Source of the DNA: a virus
IMG/VR virus record: IMGVR_UViG_3300027710_001279
Coordinates: 1-64,000 of that record
Direction: 5' to 3' (one strand)
Length of the DNA stretch: 64,000 nucleotides
Shown piece by piece: positions 43,365-53,186 of the stretch. Numbering within the stretch: the first letter of the stretch is position 1; each line of letters starts with the position of its first letter. Made by a program: the position numbers and the translations under genes. The notes beneath the pieces were generated by a model. That model ran no database searches. It was not told where the DNA came from and was given only the letters and a program-made list of their open reading frames with translations.

Positions 43365-43570
43365 TGGAAATCTCAAGAGCAGAACAAAGTGTTATAAAAT
43401 ATAATCTAGAACAGTACCGCTTAGATCAAGCTCGTTTGGAAAAACAGCGAGAACAAGACTACGCCAAAAAGATTGAAGAACGTAGACTTGATCAAGTTAT
43501 AGCAGAACGAGTATCAAGAAATCTTCGTTTAGATTTGGACAAGGGTCGCATTTTAGATATAGAATGTTAG
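43364..43570 (+). CDS. Hypothetical coiled-coil protein
   Basis: Coupled ORF ending KGRILDIEC. Confidence 0.7.
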   Translation: MEISRAEQSVIKYNLEQYRLDQARLEKQREQDYAKKIEERRLDQVIAERVSRNLRLDLDKGRILDIEC

Positions 43571-43579
43571 GAGGCAATT

Positions 43580-44116
43580 ATGCCATGGATTGAAAATGTA
43601 GGTCTTGGAGATATTCCAAAAGGTCGGCATCACGATGCTGGCGAGAATTCGATGTTGATTCAGATTGTTGATCCGGCAATGGAGTTTCCTACCCCTATGC
43701 ACAAGTTCAAAGAGACTCATCAGTTTGAGTTTTTGGATGTAGAGGAAAAGGACGAAGTGTTGGAAGAAGCTATGAAGTGTAGTCACGAACAAGCTGCCGA
43801 GTTGGTTCGCCTACTACAACACGCATTGGCTAATCGAATGAATGTAGTCGTGCATTGTCATGCAGGTGTTTGTCGAAGTGGTGCAGTCTGCGAAGTTGGC
43901 GTCATGATGGGTTTTAATGATACTGAAGTCTTCCGTAGTCCTAACCTCCTAGTCAAGCATCGTATGATGAAGCACTTAGGTTGGACCTACGACGAGAACG
44001 AGCCTCACTCTATTAACGGTATAGGGCTCGATCCAGATTGGACCAACAACAACGAAAAGGTGTTTACACTCGCAGGCGCAAGACGAGAGCGTAGACTAAG
44101 AGAAGGTGATATTTAA
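43580..44116 (+). CDS. Cys-based (PTP/dual-specificity) phosphatase-like protein
   Basis: VHCHAGVCRSG CX5R motif; SD AGGAGG. Confidence 0.8.
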   Translation: MPWIENVGLGDIPKGRHHDAGENSMLIQIVDPAMEFPTPMHKFKETHQFEFLDVEEKDEVLEEAMKCSHEQAAELVRLLQHALANRMNVVVHCHAGVCRSGAVCEVGVMMGFNDTEVFRSPNLLVKHRMMKHLGWTYDENEPHSINGIGLDPDWTNNNEKVFTLAGARRERRLREGDI

Positions 44117-44129
44117 AAAGGAGGGCAAG

Positions 44130-44735
44130 ATGCCTAGTGTATTTTTAGTAAGCGATACGCACTTTGGACATACCGGCGTCTGTCGCTTCACACGTAACGA
44201 TGGTGTTACAAAACTTCGCCCATGGGAATCTGCTGAGGAAATGGACGAAGCAATGGTTAAAGCGTGGAACGAACAGGTAAAGCCCACTGACAAGGTTTAC
44301 CATTTAGGTGACGTTGTTATCAATCGTAAAGCGTTAAAAATTATGTCAAGATTAAACGGTGACAAAGTTTTAATTCGTGGTAACCACGATATCTTTAGGG
44401 ATGATGAGTATAGAACTTACTTCCGTGAATTACGTGCCTATCATGTTATGAACGGGATGATCTTGAGCCATATCCCGTTACACTCAGAGTCCATGGGACG
44501 CTTTGGTGTTAACATTCACGGTCACTTACACGCAAACCGTGTGAAGAAGGCTCGCGGTGTTGATGCACGTACTGGAGAAGTTTTATACAGCGATGAAAAC
44601 GATGTTCGTTACCATTGCGTTTGTGTAGAACAAACTCCAAACTTTGCGCCTATACTGTTTGAAGATGTCATTAAGAACATCGAAGCAGAAGGTGGTAGTG
44701 TAGGTTTTAAGAACGGCAACGGTCCGACAATGTAA
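44130..44735 (+). CDS. Calcineurin-like phosphoesterase
   Basis: SDTHFGH, HLGD, GNHD, SHIP, HGHLH; SD AGGAGG. Confidence 0.88.
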   Translation: MPSVFLVSDTHFGHTGVCRFTRNDGVTKLRPWESAEEMDEAMVKAWNEQVKPTDKVYHLGDVVINRKALKIMSRLNGDKVLIRGNHDIFRDDEYRTYFRELRAYHVMNGMILSHIPLHSESMGRFGVNIHGHLHANRVKKARGVDARTGEVLYSDENDVRYHCVCVEQTPNFAPILFEDVIKNIEAEGGSVGFKNGNGPTM

Positions 44736-44736
44736 T

Positions 44737-44853
44737 ATGATCTACATTACTAACAAATACAATTCCATCCGACTACCCAATGAACCGGGTATGTTAGATT
44801 GGTTATTAGAAAATTATCCTAATTCAGGATATCACGTAGTAGAGATAAAATAA
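44737..44853 (+). CDS. Small hypothetical protein (38 aa)
   Basis: Fills the gap exactly between coupled genes. Confidence 0.45.
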   Translation: MIYITNKYNSIRLPNEPGMLDWLLENYPNSGYHVVEIK

Positions 44854-44854
44854 T

Positions 44855-45322
44855 ATGCTAAAATGTTATCAATTGATTGGAGTGCCTGGGTCCGGCAAAT
44901 CTACTTGGGTAGATAAGCAGGCCTGGGCTTTTTCTTGTGCAAAAGTTAGCACAGACAAATGGGTTGAAATTTATGCTAAAGAAGTAGGTCGTACCTATTC
45001 CGAAGTGTTTACGGATTTCATGCCTACTGCTGTAGACCTAATGGCTAAAGAAGTTATTGTAGCACGTGAAATGAATCGTGACATTATTTGGGATCAGACC
45101 AGCACGACCGTTGCAAGTCGAGCTAAAAAGTTTCGTATGTTGCCGGACTATGAACATATTGCCGTAGTGTTTAAGACCCCTGAGCATACAGAACTTATGC
45201 GTCGATTGATGAGCCGTCCGGGCAAAGACATTCCAGATCATGTTATTGCTAGCATGATTGCCAGTTGGGAAGATCCAACTGAAGAAGAAGGCTTTAAAGA
45301 AATAAGATATATCGGTCCTTAG
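44855..45322 (+). CDS. P-loop kinase (AAA_33 / polynucleotide kinase-like)
   Basis: GVPGSGKST Walker A, STD, WDQT..R..R, PTEEEGF. Confidence 0.85.
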   Translation: MLKCYQLIGVPGSGKSTWVDKQAWAFSCAKVSTDKWVEIYAKEVGRTYSEVFTDFMPTAVDLMAKEVIVAREMNRDIIWDQTSTTVASRAKKFRMLPDYEHIAVVFKTPEHTELMRRLMSRPGKDIPDHVIASMIASWEDPTEEEGFKEIRYIGP

Positions 45323-45387
45323 TTCAATGGATAGAATGCTTGGCTTCGAACCAAGCGGTGTGGGTTCGATTCCTGCAGGACCGGCCA
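45313..45387 (+). tRNA. tRNA-Arg(TCG)
   Basis: CTTGG-CT TCG AA-CCAAG; CCA. Confidence 0.92.
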
Positions 45388-45396
45388 TCGTGTCGT

Positions 45397-46227
45397 TTAA
45401 ATACAATATGCATTAGGACATTCTGTTTTAATTTTTTCTTTTAGATCTAACAGCCAGTTTCCCGAAATAAGTATATCGTATGGTTTGTTAAAATAATCTT
45501 CAACAACTTTTATGTTATTTTGATGATACTGGATAAGATCTTCCGAACTAATTGGACAGGTCATGTTAAACAATTGACTAAACTCTATTACATTATCAAT
45601 GGTGTTTAAAAATAAATTATCTAAATTGTAAGGTATCCATCCGTTGGCAGCTTTTTTACTCATACTTGCGTAATTAAAAAAATATTTAATGGTCAGGTCT
45701 ACACCGTTAGACATGTTTAATCTCAGTGCTGGTTTTTCAAATGAATAGAAATATCCCCTGTCTATTATTTCTTTACTCTTTTCAATTAATTTTAAGTTTT
45801 TTCCTGCACACCTAATAACATCATCTTCAGACCCTCCTATATTAACCGGAAGGCTCCATCTCTTAATCCATAGTAATATATAAAACAGCGGTGTTAGTTT
45901 GTTACTACATAATTTAATACCTGCAAGCCTGGGCAAATTAATATTGTTAAGATCGAGAAAATAATGAGTAGGTAATATTAAATTCTTTTCTGAATACGCT
46001 ATATCTATTCTTTTGCAATCAGTATCGTTGATGATTAAAGATTCAGGCCAATAAGGATTTTTTATGTCAATTCCAAAATTTGCAAAAGGATTTTCTAACT
46101 CGCATCGATTAATATCGGAAGTCATTGACGATTGTAAAGAATAAAAACTGTCATCTTTAGAAATTTGAGAACATAAAAAATCCCCGCAAGACCCACCTGT
46201 GAACCCTAATAGAAAAATGTTTTTCAT
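45397..46227 (-). CDS. Hypothetical protein (possible sulfotransferase-like fold)
   Basis: N-terminal GFTGGSCGDFL; 276 aa. Confidence 0.55.
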   Translation of the reverse strand: MKNIFLLGFTGGSCGDFLCSQISKDDSFYSLQSSMTSDINRCELENPFANFGIDIKNPYWPESLIINDTDCKRIDIAYSEKNLILPTHYFLDLNNINLPRLAGIKLCSNKLTPLFYILLWIKRWSLPVNIGGSEDDVIRCAGKNLKLIEKSKEIIDRGYFYSFEKPALRLNMSNGVDLTIKYFFNYASMSKKAANGWIPYNLDNLFLNTIDNVIEFSQLFNMTCPISSEDLIQYHQNNIKVVEDYFNKPYDILISGNWLLDLKEKIKTECPNAYCI

Positions 46228-46784
46228 CTAACAATTCCGTTTTGTAATAACGCCCATTTCTTTTCTTGGCAAGGCCAACACGCTCCACATTCGGGAATTT
46301 TGCCTTCACCACAAGTTCCAGTAATATCTAATAATTCACCCACATTAAATTTTAAAGCAATTTTAACTAATTGATCTTTAGTAACTTCATAAAACGGCTG
46401 CAATACTTTAGAACTAATTGATTTACCCCTATTCGGTCCAGGAGGTAATTCTTTGGGATTAGCAGTATCGCCTAACAACAAAACATCTACCGGAAACTTC
46501 ATAGAATCGACTACAGCCATTTTTACTTGAACAGAATGATTAGCGTCTTTGTTTCCAATTAAGATTGCTTTTAAGTTTTTATTGAATTTTTTATTAATCC
46601 AATCTAAAACTATGTTGTTAAAATATAAAGACTTATTTGGACGGTCAATAACAAAGATAAGAAATTCATTATCTTTATTAAACTTACAGCACAGGTAAAG
46701 TAACAAGGCACTATCAAAACCACCAGATACAAAAATTCCAATCTTCTTGTGTGTTTTCAAAATGTCTTTTAAATTGTCAATCAT
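46224..46784 (-). CDS. N-type ATP pyrophosphatase (QueC-like)
   Basis: SGGFDS PP-loop; C-terminal TC..CGACWPC zinc motif. Confidence 0.7.
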   Translation of the reverse strand: MIDNLKDILKTHKKIGIFVSGGFDSALLLYLCCKFNKDNEFLIFVIDRPNKSLYFNNIVLDWINKKFNKNLKAILIGNKDANHSVQVKMAVVDSMKFPVDVLLLGDTANPKELPPGPNRGKSISSKVLQPFYEVTKDQLVKIALKFNVGELLDITGTCGEGKIPECGACWPCQEKKWALLQNGIVR

Positions 46785-46840
46785 GCAGATATTTATTGAC
46801 TAAAATTTATCAAGGTAGTATAATAAAAATAATTATTAAT

Positions 46841-47362
46841 ATGAAAAATAAATTTATAAAACTATACATGGATTGGGCAAAACGCTGTGCCGAACTCAGT
46901 CATGCAAAACGACTACATGTCGGAGCTGTTATTGTCAAAGACGATACAGTTATCAGCTATGGGTACAACGGTATGCCAGCAGGCTGGGATAACGATTGTG
47001 AAAATATAGAATGGTGTTCGGCAGGTGGTTGGCTAAGTCCAGAAGAAATTATAGAAGGTTGGCCATACGAAGGCACATACCTAGACGGAGATGGTAATAC
47101 GATGCAGGGTCGGTATCGTTTAAAAACTAAACCTGAGGTATTACATGCAGAATCAAACGCTATTGCAAAGCTAGCGAAGTCTACTAACAGTGGGCTTGGG
47201 GCTGACTTATTTGTTACTCACATGCCTTGTCTCGACTGTGCCAAGATCATTTATCAGTCTGGCATTGGTCGTGTATGGTATGGTGCTAACTATAGAGATG
47301 ATTCGGGAATCAAGTTCCTTGAAAAGTCCGGAGTTAAAATAGAAAAAATATCTAATGAGTAA
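46841..47362 (+). CDS. dCMP deaminase
   Basis: GYNGMP, HAESNAI, PCLDC; upstream TTGACT-N17-TATAAT. Confidence 0.92.
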   Translation: MKNKFIKLYMDWAKRCAELSHAKRLHVGAVIVKDDTVISYGYNGMPAGWDNDCENIEWCSAGGWLSPEEIIEGWPYEGTYLDGDGNTMQGRYRLKTKPEVLHAESNAIAKLAKSTNSGLGADLFVTHMPCLDCAKIIYQSGIGRVWYGANYRDDSGIKFLEKSGVKIEKISNE

Positions 47363-47399
47363 TTGTAGCGTTAAATACTGTTTACATTAGAAATTAAAT

Positions 47400-48035
47400 A
47401 TGAACAAACTGTTTTGTCCTGTTAACTTAGATAAAAACTTTGTAGAGCCATGTGTTGCGTCATCATTAGATTATTGGCATGAAAAATACTATCCAAGAAT
47501 CTTAAAAGAAAATCTTAAACCGCATAATCTTTATGTTATGCCCGACGTACACAAAACTGAATATCAAGACTTGAAAAAATATTTTCATAAAGAACTCGGG
47601 TTAATATTAAAAAGTATAATTTTATTTCCTACCATTCCTAACAAGCTCAAAGATCCGCATAGAGACGGTCCACGATCAGATTATAGTTACAGCGCCATTA
47701 ATATTCCTGTGGCCAATACAAAAGGAACACTTCAGGTCTGGTGGCCAGATTTCGATGAATCAAGAGTCAAACAATTTAATTTAACACGCCCAGACGGAAC
47801 AAAGTCTATAGGATTTGATATTGTCCCAGAATGGAAAGAGGAAGAGTTTGATCAGGTTCCTAGTGATCATTCTTTAGAGTTGTTGTCTCCTCATTTGCTA
47901 AACACCAATGTTATTCATGGCGTAGATAATAGATCAAATAATGACTGGAGATTGGTTATGTCTTTGAGATTTATTGGTAACCCAAAACTAGAGCAAGTTA
48001 AAGAGCAGATTTTAAACACAAGAGGCCATCTATGA
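47400..48035 (+). CDS. 2OG-Fe(II)/cupin oxygenase-like protein
   Basis: PHRDG..INIP..HGVDN..WRLVMSLRF. Confidence 0.6.
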   Translation: MNKLFCPVNLDKNFVEPCVASSLDYWHEKYYPRILKENLKPHNLYVMPDVHKTEYQDLKKYFHKELGLILKSIILFPTIPNKLKDPHRDGPRSDYSYSAINIPVANTKGTLQVWWPDFDESRVKQFNLTRPDGTKSIGFDIVPEWKEEEFDQVPSDHSLELLSPHLLNTNVIHGVDNRSNNDWRLVMSLRFIGNPKLEQVKEQILNTRGHL

Positions 48036-48688
48036 GTGTTGATGTAAAATTAATGACCATTGATGATATTTTATCTATCCCCAGTGACCTATTAACTACT
48101 AACCATGTTGCAGGATCTAAAGTATTAGAGTTAGACGAAACAGTTTGGAAAAGAAGAGCTATAGGTTATGCAACACACGGTTCTGTAGAAGTATTAGGGG
48201 CATACGATGCTGACAAAATTTTAGGTGTTGCGTTTGTTATATGGCCTAAACTTTCTCCTGCATATATGATTTCTAACCTAAGACTGTTTCATAACTTTCC
48301 TGGGTTTCCTGTAGATAAGAATGGGTATGGTGCATTGTTAAGCACTGCAATTGAAAAGGGCGAATCTCAAGGTAGATGGGAATTTTATATGAGACGAAAC
48401 TTAGATTATGGCAGATGGTTTAACAGAAGATACCAAAAGAAAACTTATGAAAACATTCCTATTAGCAAAAAATATCTAAGATCTGTTGAAGAAATAATTC
48501 CTGCTAATAATCAATCAAAATGGATTGCTACTAATACATTATGTAATAATGAAATTGTCGGTGAAGACACAATTATTGTAAAATATTTTTGTCCACAGAA
48601 CGAACGTAACACAAATTACATTCCCGAAGCTATGAGAATAAAGCACAAAAATACTCTTGATGTATTAACTAATTATAAACCAGAGTAG
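48032..48688 (+). CDS. Hypothetical protein (GNAT-like)
   Basis: VLGAYD..ILGVA..NGYGALL pattern; similar design to 55177..55788. Confidence 0.5.
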   Translation: MSVDVKLMTIDDILSIPSDLLTTNHVAGSKVLELDETVWKRRAIGYATHGSVEVLGAYDADKILGVAFVIWPKLSPAYMISNLRLFHNFPGFPVDKNGYGALLSTAIEKGESQGRWEFYMRRNLDYGRWFNRRYQKKTYENIPISKKYLRSVEEIIPANNQSKWIATNTLCNNEIVGEDTIIVKYFCPQNERNTNYIPEAMRIKHKNTLDVLTNYKPE

Positions 48689-49416
48689 TCTATGTAGGTA
48701 GTAGTCGGTGAGTTGTCCACCATTACCTTGTCCTTAAATTTAGAAATACTGCGTTCTAGTAAATCTCTATATTTTTTTACGTCTAGCACATACCTCCAGA
48801 ATACAAATATAATTTTTTTGTATGCTGGATCGTAGGTACTACCGTGTCTCACTCTTAAGTTATTGAATACAAATGAATTGGTTTCGGATAAATCCGGGTA
48901 TATTCTTTCCTTTGATTCATTTTCAAAAAACAAAGTTGGGGCAGGGTTCTCATCATGAATCATTAACCTAAACGACAAGGGAGTATCAAAATAATAACTA
49001 TCATCTCTATGAAGTAGTATAGGTTTATAGCTTGACCAGATGTTTATCCAGTGTAATTCTTTAAATGGCAAATAGTCTAAAATCTGTTCTCGTAACGCTG
49101 GAAATTTTAAAAACATATCTTCTTGAAGATTTATATTCCATCTTGTTTTTTCAGGAATACCCCATTCTGTATAATCTACAGAAAGGAAAGGACTACTTCC
49201 AGGAATTGCGTTGCTTTCTTTATCGTTGTAAAGTCGTTTTATAGGAAGTGCTTTTTCAAAATACCAGCTAGCAAAGTTGTCGTCTTTTATAAGGGGAATA
49301 TCTAAGGGAACAAAACAATAATTTTTATAGTCTTGTTCTAACTCTTTAATCTCGTTGTCAAGGTTTGGAAAATACTTAAACTGATTCTCCCTCGCACTAT
49401 TGGGGATTTTATTCAT
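48673..49416 (-). CDS. 2OG-Fe(II)/cupin oxygenase-like protein
   Basis: HRDD..HGSTYDP.YKK; paralog of 61225..62025. Confidence 0.6.
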   Translation of the reverse strand: MNKIPNSARENQFKYFPNLDNEIKELEQDYKNYCFVPLDIPLIKDDNFASWYFEKALPIKRLYNDKESNAIPGSSPFLSVDYTEWGIPEKTRWNINLQEDMFLKFPALREQILDYLPFKELHWINIWSSYKPILLHRDDSYYFDTPLSFRLMIHDENPAPTLFFENESKERIYPDLSETNSFVFNNLRVRHGSTYDPAYKKIIFVFWRYVLDVKKYRDLLERSISKFKDKVMVDNSPTTTYIDYSGL

Positions 49417-50174
49417 TTTTTTATTTTTTCAATAAACCATGCGGCAATATCAGGTTCGTTATCTTTTTCACCAAACTTATATTTTCCGGGCCACTTATGA
49501 TGATTATTATGATATCCTGCACCTAATGTAATATAGGCTAACCAATGAACATTTTTACTGTTGTCAGGAGTATTGTAATTTTGATAACCTTTAGTAGGAT
49601 GATGGAAATAAACGTTACCCAAATCTTCAATCAGGTTAATCAAGAACCACCCGCCTAATGTCATAAAAAACAAACCAAAATAAATGTCTATTAAGTATGC
49701 TACGCCAACTGAACCCCAATAAAATTTATGGTAATGTCTATGAATCAGTTTTGCTAGAGAGTTTTTATAGAGCCAACGGGGAGCAACACCTGGAACAGTT
49801 TCTATAGGCTTAAATATTTGCCATCCAATAAATGCATTAAAAAATCCATTAACTGGACTATGCACATCTTGTTTAGTATCTGAAAACCTATGATGGTGAT
49901 AGTGTAATCCGGCCCAGAAGATAGGACTACCCTGTCCTGTAAGTGCTCCACAGATTATAAATGCATTTTTCCAAAAGTTGTTTACTTGAAAACTGCTGTG
50001 AGATATGTATCGATGATAACCTATTGCCGCTCCAAAAATTCCTAATATATAGAAACCTAAAAACGCATAGAGTAAAAATAACCATTGAAAATCTGTAAAC
50101 AGAACATAAAACGATACAGCGGTCAACAAAAAGTTAGGTAACAGAATTTTAAAAAAGTGACTGTTTAATTGCAT
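49413..50174 (-). CDS. Fatty acid desaturase
   Basis: HRYISH, HYHHH, HNNHH; start placed 5 nt after TAAATA. Confidence 0.88.
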   Translation of the reverse strand: MQLNSHFFKILLPNFLLTAVSFYVLFTDFQWLFLLYAFLGFYILGIFGAAIGYHRYISHSSFQVNNFWKNAFIICGALTGQGSPIFWAGLHYHHHRFSDTKQDVHSPVNGFFNAFIGWQIFKPIETVPGVAPRWLYKNSLAKLIHRHYHKFYWGSVGVAYLIDIYFGLFFMTLGGWFLINLIEDLGNVYFHHPTKGYQNYNTPDNSKNVHWLAYITLGAGYHNNHHKWPGKYKFGEKDNEPDIAAWFIEKIKK

Positions 50175-50217
50175 ACGGATATTTACCTTGGCCATATATG
50201 AGTGCATAATTAATAGT

Positions 50218-51651
50218 ATGACTACTGTTGATTTTTTAATTTTTTCCGGAATAGGTTCTGCAGAGGAAACTTTTCATAAAACTCCAAGTAAACCCTGGAG
50301 ATCAATAGGTCCTTCAAAAATTGCCAATAGTCTTAGAAATAATGGATACACTGTTCAAATAATTAACTTTGCTACACTCCTTACCTACGAACAACTTTAC
50401 AAGATCTCAAAACAGTATGTTGGGCCTAAGACGTTATTAGGAGTTAGTACTACATTTTTATACAGCGAATATAATTCTAGTAATGCATACGAAGGTCTAC
50501 AAAATGTAGTAAAGCAATTGAAACAAGAAGTAGGATCTAAAGTTATTTTAGGTGGTCCTAGTGCTCATGCCTATAAAACATATTTCAATGCAGATTATAT
50601 TGTTAACGGATATTCCGAAAATAAAATATTAGATTTATTTGATCAAATTTTTAATTACGGTATAAAAAGAAAAACACGGTTAGATTGGGATATAAAAAGT
50701 TGTAACCATCGATGGCATGAAAGTGATCGGCTACAACCAGGAGAATCTATTCCTCTTGAAATTGGGCGAGGATGTATTTTTACCTGCAAGTATTGCAAGT
50801 TTGATATGTTAGGAAAGAAGCGAGGGGAGTATGTCCGTGACATGTCTATGATTAAAGACGAAATAATTGAGAATTTTGAAAAATATAAGATTACCAATTA
50901 TATGATAATGGATGATACGTTCAACGACGATGTTTATAAATTAGAAGACTGGTGCAAAATGGTAGACTCCTTGCCATTTAAGATACAGTATACTGCATAT
51001 TGTAGAGCAGATCTTCTTTGGAGGTATCAAGATATTAGCAGAGAATTATATAGGACGGGCCTAATTGGATCGACATTAGGAATAGAATCAATGAATACCT
51101 ATGCTTCTAAAATAGTAGGAAAAGCATGGAGTGGAAAACATGCAAAAGATTTTATTCCTTATTACATACATGATATATGTAAAGGTAGAACACTTACACA
51201 GATTAATTTTATTATAGGACTCCCTGGAGATACACTTGATGATATATGGAATTGGGTACATTGGGCAAAAGAAAATAAAATTCCCACAGTCCATGCTCAG
51301 CCGTTGGTAATTCGACCACCGAGATTATTTCCAGATGATCCAGTGTTTAGTGAATTTGACAAAGATGCAGAGTCTAAATATGGTTATAGCATTCCCAACG
51401 ATAAACGACCTTATGTATGGAAAAACAACATTATGACTTGGTTTGACGCCAGAAAAGAATATCGTAAAATTTATGATTATATTTCTAATAATTTTTGTGA
51501 CTTATCATGGCACGGATTTTCTTCATTAAGTCTAGGATACTCTGTTGATGAAATACAGAGCACATCGTTGATAAAATTTTATGAAGACCCAGTATACACT
51601 GCTAGATCGCAAGCCTGGCTTGATAACTATGTAGAGTCTTTTAATGGTTAA
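50218..51651 (+). CDS. B12-binding-domain radical SAM protein
   Basis: VILGGP, EIGRGCIFTCKYC (CxxxCxxC), DDTFN, GIES, IIGLPGD. Confidence 0.88.
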   Translation: MTTVDFLIFSGIGSAEETFHKTPSKPWRSIGPSKIANSLRNNGYTVQIINFATLLTYEQLYKISKQYVGPKTLLGVSTTFLYSEYNSSNAYEGLQNVVKQLKQEVGSKVILGGPSAHAYKTYFNADYIVNGYSENKILDLFDQIFNYGIKRKTRLDWDIKSCNHRWHESDRLQPGESIPLEIGRGCIFTCKYCKFDMLGKKRGEYVRDMSMIKDEIIENFEKYKITNYMIMDDTFNDDVYKLEDWCKMVDSLPFKIQYTAYCRADLLWRYQDISRELYRTGLIGSTLGIESMNTYASKIVGKAWSGKHAKDFIPYYIHDICKGRTLTQINFIIGLPGDTLDDIWNWVHWAKENKIPTVHAQPLVIRPPRLFPDDPVFSEFDKDAESKYGYSIPNDKRPYVWKNNIMTWFDARKEYRKIYDYISNNFCDLSWHGFSSLSLGYSVDEIQSTSLIKFYEDPVYTARSQAWLDNYVESFNG

Positions 51652-51712
51652 CGTTTTAAAAAATTACCCCCGTGATATTTAAAACTAAATACCAAAATAC
51701 TTAAAAGATACC

Positions 51713-52492
51713 ATGAAAAAAATTATCGAAACTCTGTTACACTATCAGACATTATACGTAGTATGGGGAAACATGATTCTGTTTGCTGGTTTACTATATT
51801 CTCTCCCATGGTCATGGTGGCTTCCGATCTCATTGATTGCTAGTTACTATGTTTGCACAGCAATTTCTGAAATTACAGTTCATCGATATTTTAGTCACAA
51901 ATCTTACGAAGTTAGTGACTTTGGTGAAAAAGTTTTACTATTTTTAGCTTTATTTGTAGGACAAGGATCTATTGTGCATTGGGTAGCAGTACATCGTCAA
52001 CACCATGCATTTGAAGATACTCCTAAAGACCCGCATAGTCCCTTATTTGTTCCTCTCTGGAGATTATTTTTAGGAATTTTCCCTCGATTAGATTACAAAC
52101 GATCGTTAGTTGCAGACCTGTTAAGAAGTAAGCATAAGAATTATATTCTGTTTGAAAAAAAATATTACCTTTTATTGTGGACTGCAATATGGACAATAAG
52201 TTTTTTAATTAGTCCTTGGTTAATGTTGTTTATTGTAGGCGGATCAGTTCTTTGGTTTTTAGGAACAGCTCTTATTAATTTTATTGGGCATAATTCGAAT
52301 AATGAAAAACGATTTAAAAATGATGTAGGATATAACAGCAGTTGGTTAAATCTTGCAACAGGTGCTGGGAATCATAACAATCATCATGCAAGACCGCAAA
52401 GTCATACATTTAAAGTAGATAAAGAAATTGATATCTATGGCAGTTTAATCGAACTCTACGCAACTAAGTTAAAAATTGAAAGAACTAATTGA
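51713..52492 (+). CDS. Fatty acid desaturase
   Basis: HRYFSH, HRQHH, HNNHH. Confidence 0.88.
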   Translation: MKKIIETLLHYQTLYVVWGNMILFAGLLYSLPWSWWLPISLIASYYVCTAISEITVHRYFSHKSYEVSDFGEKVLLFLALFVGQGSIVHWVAVHRQHHAFEDTPKDPHSPLFVPLWRLFLGIFPRLDYKRSLVADLLRSKHKNYILFEKKYYLLLWTAIWTISFLISPWLMLFIVGGSVLWFLGTALINFIGHNSNNEKRFKNDVGYNSSWLNLATGAGNHNNHHARPQSHTFKVDKEIDIYGSLIELYATKLKIERTN

Positions 52493-53186
52493 AGTTGGCA
52501 TGCCGCATTTAGTTTACCATGGGTTAGATCCCGTATGGTTACTGAAGTATATAGGGCATAAACATTGGAAATTAATAGAACATGTCCGTCCTATTAATAA
52601 AGATAACCAACGACTCTATGCAAGTTTTTTTGCAGCCAAGATAGATTTTTTAAACGGGCAACAATCAATTACTGAAAAAAGCACAATAGAGATTAGCAGT
52701 GAAGTTTTTAAATTTAATAATCTAATCTACAGATCATCACACACGGTTAATGATATCTGTGTAACATTAGACAGTATTTTTGTTAGAAAAGATAAAGTAG
52801 CAGGTCTAATTAAAGACGAACCTGCTTGGTCAAGTACTGATATTCCATATACAAAAGATACATTCTTAGAAGAACATAGTGAACTAAAAAGAAAATTAAT
52901 GAATGTTGACTTTGCTACAGCAAAAGAGTTGGTGTTTAATCCAGCAGTATTGTTTAACGGAGTTAAAATACTTTATTGTGCTAATTATCTAAGTCTAGCA
53001 TTGTTAAGCGAATGGATCACTTATCAAAGTTTACTTGACCCTATTAAAAAAATAGAAATATTTTGGTTTAAGAATATTAGTGTTGGGGATAAAGTATATG
53101 GAACTACTTCAAACAAAAATAACGTATTTGAAACAGTATTAATTTCAAATAATAGAGCAATGGGTTTCTGCAGAATTTACAGATGA
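52476..53186 (+). CDS. LnmK/Pnap_2097-family (double hot-dog) biosynthetic protein
   Basis: GMPHL..GL..WLLK..GH.HW, RLYASF, FNGVKILYCANY. Confidence 0.65.
   Translation: MKELIEVGMPHLVYHGLDPVWLLKYIGHKHWKLIEHVRPINKDNQRLYASFFAAKIDFLNGQQSITEKSTIEISSEVFKFNNLIYRSSHTVNDICVTLDSIFVRKDKVAGLIKDEPAWSSTDIPYTKDTFLEEHSELKRKLMNVDFATAKELVFNPAVLFNGVKILYCANYLSLALLSEWITYQSLLDPIKKIEIFWFKNISVGDKVYGTTSNKNNVFETVLISNNRAMGFCRIYR

Noticed and set aside
46224-46784. 7-deazaguanine DNA-modification pathway
   Set aside because: Only a short QueC-like PP-loop protein is present; no folE, queD, queE or dpdA in the window.
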